Assembly: GCA_964234715.1 (NCBI GenBank)
Contig: OZ174284.1
DNA length: 64,000 bases
DNA from: Podarcis melisellensis
Lineage: Eukaryota
Reading direction: 5' to 3' (one strand)
The translations under genes and the position numbers were made by a program. A model generated the notes under the pieces. The model was not told the DNA's origin and did not search any database. It saw only the letters and a program-made list of their open reading frames with translations. Position 1 is the first letter of the stretch. The number at the start of each line of letters is the position of its first letter. Of the stretch, positions 60,855 to 64,000 are shown piece by piece.

Positions 60855-63669
60855 GTCAGAGAACTGGGCCTGTGTGCGGCGTGTGAGGTGAAGCCGACGG
60901 TGGTCGAGATGAGGGTCTGTGTCGCTGAGGGAAGGGGGGAGAGGTCGGGTGGGGCCTGCCTGCCTCTGCCGGGCGTGTGGTCATAGTTGGCACCCCTTGA
61001 CCCGGGGCCTATCAGCTGCTCCACGGAAGCGGGAGGGAGAGGCCCGTCCCCTCCACACGAGCCGGGCTTCCACGTTCCGGGAAAAGGTGCTCCATCCAGG
61101 ATGCCTCCTCTTCCCCGCCCCCCACCCTAAACTGGCTCTGCCGAGGCTCCCTGCCGTGCTCAGAACCGTGGCCTCTCCCTCGACCCCACCCCGTTAGTAT
61201 GAGGCGGCGGCGGGGAGGTGGACGAGCCCCACCTGTCAGCCTCGTCGGCAACAGCCAGTGAAATAATTTTTTCTTTTGTTAGGGGGAGGATAGCAAAACG
61301 GATTTGCGGACATGGGCGCACCTATTGTTGCGGCTTCTCGCCCGGCGCTGCAGCCCTTTTGCACACCCTGACAGCTGATGCTACTCTTCGATAGGTGGCT
61401 TGCCTCTATTCACTGCCTCATGTTAGCAACTGCTAACCTTGGGGTGGATGCGATCATCATCTTTTTCTGTGGCTGGCAGTCCATTAGTGTAACAAGGTGC
61501 TCGCTTTTCGTTTCCTTGAGCTGGCTGATGGTTCAAAGCATTGCAAGAATGGCAAGCAAGCAGCCTTCTTGAGGAATTTGGCATGCAATGCATCTAGGTA
61601 CAGGACCTGAAAATCAAAAATCTCTAGTATGGTGGCAAATTTATCCTTTACTGGAATGGTGTACTAATAAAATATTTTCTGGAGCCTGTGCATAAGATGA
61701 GCAAGAGTTTTAAACAGTAGCTTATCTTTCATAATTCCATTTTGTCTTTAACTCTGATTGGATTGTGAAACTCTGCCTTGTTCTGGTAATTCCATCAAAT
61801 ATAATGGGATGGGGCTCATGCTGTGGAGGTAGCAGAAATAGATGGCATTTCCTTTCAGGGGTTGGGATTGGTGATCCCTACTACAGTATCTTCAGTTCTG
61901 TTTTTTAAATTCTCAGATGGGTTGGGAAAGATCTGTTTTGAAGTATAGGAGTTGTTGCCATTGAAAATAGATTGGCTAGATGAATTATTAACCTACCTCA
62001 GTATGTGGCTGTTTCACATATTTAGAAATATTCACCCTTAGTTAGGAAAGTGTATAGTCTGCAGGGTTTGTCCTAATCATCATATAATACAGTTTAAGAA
62101 GTATTGCCTAGAATTTGGCATAACTTGTCACTTGAGATCATTTTTGTGCTGTACATGAACAGCTTCGGAGTATTTTAAATGGGCCATTTTAAAATGAAGC
62201 AGAATTACAGTCAGTGCAATCTCAAAAGAGACTTCAACACTTTGATTTTGCACAAACTGAGTTAGATGTTGTCATTATAGCATGTATCTCTGGTATAACT
62301 TAACTATTTAGAATAGTTTTTAGGAAAAAATATAGTGTGTTTCCTTTGTCAAACAACATTTTGATATTTTATTGATTTATTAATGGTTTGCTGAACAAAA
62401 GAAATAACTTTTGTATAGCACATAACATTTTTAAATTTAGATTTTAAAATGTTTTAGCTGTTGGTCTGATATGATTTCCCCCTCTTTTGAGTGATGAAGC
62501 CATAAATATTTTTTACAACAAATCCATTTTTCTGTAAAGTTGTATTGATTGTATCTTGCAGAGAACATAAGAACATTACTAGTTTTGATTATTCATGATA
62601 GAAGACACTGTGGTGCCTAAACACTTCTAGAGGCTGACGTCTAGAGTGCAAAAAATATTATAGGTGTTAATTTTTAAAAATTAAAGATCCAATAAAATAA
62701 TAATAGCATGGTGTTAAAAAGTAATCTACAGCAACAAACACATTTAAAAAATAAAATAATAAGATAATAAATGGGCAAAACTGTTATATTCTGGGAGCTA
62801 GAGAAACCCATGTACAGAGTTCTGTCAGTACAGGGAGGGGTGGCTTATTTTTCCCCTACTATGTCATCATGTCATTGGTGTTCCTCATCCTAAATGTAAT
62901 TTTTCGTATATTAGTATTATACTGTTCATTCTGCTTGTATCTGCTAGGAATTGATAAAGTTACATGCACTGATAGCCTCTCCTGTACTGGTTTTGGTATT
63001 TTGTTATTTTTGTCTGGTTGTTGCTTTGCAGGGATGTGCTTTTAGGCATGTTCATCCATTACACAACACAGACTTGACTTCTCCACCCACAGCAATCCAT
63101 TTTTTAAATAGTGAGTAAGAAGCAAGAATGCCTCTGGAAAGAAGAATCAAGTGACAGGTCTAGTTTGAATACGCCTTGCCTGATTGTGTTTAAGAACAAG
63201 CTGACAGTGGCATAATTAAGATGGTATTTTTGTGCACATCCTGAGAGCAAGCAAATACCAGTTTCAGGAGTTAGGAAAGTCAGAATCCATTTTCCAAGCA
63301 TCATTAACTGCCCTAAGTTCATGTACCTAACATGTGATGGATAGTATAAGTCAGCCTTCACCAGCTGGACTGGCTGAGGCCAACCAGAGTCGTTGAAAAC
63401 ATCTGGAGGGCATCACATTGGCAAAGGCTGATTTAAGGCAGGCATGTTATCTAGAGCTGATGCAAATGTGTACCTAGCTCCACGCCAGGAGGTGCACAGA
63501 ACGTTTGAATAATGAGCACAAGACTGATTGTATTTTGTGATGCACTTTGAGGGAATGAGGATTTAATCCTTGCACAAACTCTGTAACTTAGGCCAGTCCT
63601 ATCCACAATTGATCCTCATGTATAATCCAAAACTCTTGGGTGTGCAATGGGGCTAGGCCTCTCTAAATA

Positions 63670-63843
63670 GGATGGTAGCTTAGTGGTAGAGCACCTGGTT
63701 TTCATGTAGAGTGGTGCTCCAGGTTCAGTCCACAGCAGCACCCATCAATATCACCATCTGAAATCCTAGGGGCCACTGCTAGTCCATGTAGACAATACTG
63801 ATCTAGATAGATCAGCTGTATAAGGCAGCTTTATCTGTTTCCT
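63670..63843 (+). mobile_element. Degenerate Squam3-like tRNA-derived SINE
   Basis: tagcttagtggtagagcacctg (A box) ... ccaggttcagtcc (B box) ... tgtagacaatactgatctagat...tataaggcagctt. Confidence 0.7.
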
Positions 63844-64000
63844 GTAGTTTGCATCTGAGATGAGCTTTTGACTGGAGACTGCTCCTCTACCAGCTCTGAT
63901 TCTAATGATTTGATTTTGTTTCCTTAAAAAACTTACCCCAGTTGCATAGCATAAACTAGTGAAGTGTGAAGGAGTGGGAAATCTGGGGAGAGCTGAAGAA

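Larger units (their letters stand above)
59750..61350. promoter_or_regulatory. CpG island, probable bidirectional promoter
   Basis: Abrupt rise in GC and CpG; five ATTGG (CCAAT on - strand) at 60191, 60290, 60315, 60334, 60371; several GGGCGG GC boxes; E2F-like TTCCCGC at 60104; ETS-like ACTTCCG near 59984. Confidence 0.88.

Noticed and set aside
59924-60886. 176-aa, 243-aa and other ORFs in the CpG island
   Set aside because: Low-complexity Arg/Pro/Gly/Ala products typical of stop-poor GC-rich DNA, with no recognisable domain

Overview
Vertebrate genomic DNA, most likely a squamate reptile and probably a lacertid lizard, judged from Sauria-type SINEs, a Bov-B LINE and Squam3-like SINEs. The + strand from about 2.0 to 42.6 kb carries the 3' two-thirds of WNK1: exon 8b, the large HSN2 exon, exons 9-26, the alternative exons 26a and 26b, exons 27-28 and a 3'UTR of about 2.5 kb. 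The kinase-domain exons lie upstream of the window. The - strand from about 42.7 to 60.1 kb carries a complete RAD52 gene (11 coding exons, 1182 nt, 393 aa, plus a likely non-coding first exon), tail-to-tail with WNK1. A CpG island at about 59.8-61.3 kb looks like a bidirectional promoter shared with a + strand gene, which synteny suggests is ERC1, although no coding exon of it is in the window. Introns hold many SINEs, LINE fragments and hAT or Tc1/mariner MITEs. Exon boundaries were derived by hand from GT-AG sites and reading-frame continuity. Exon numbers and cross-species comparisons rely on my recall of the human genes and were not database-checked. I found no wholly new gene system. The best leads are regulatory: loss of both NEDD4-2 PY motifs, an 82-bp near-perfect palindrome, a candidate extra in-frame WNK1 cassette exon, an inverted SINE pair bracketing exons 10-20, and a miR-192/215 site.
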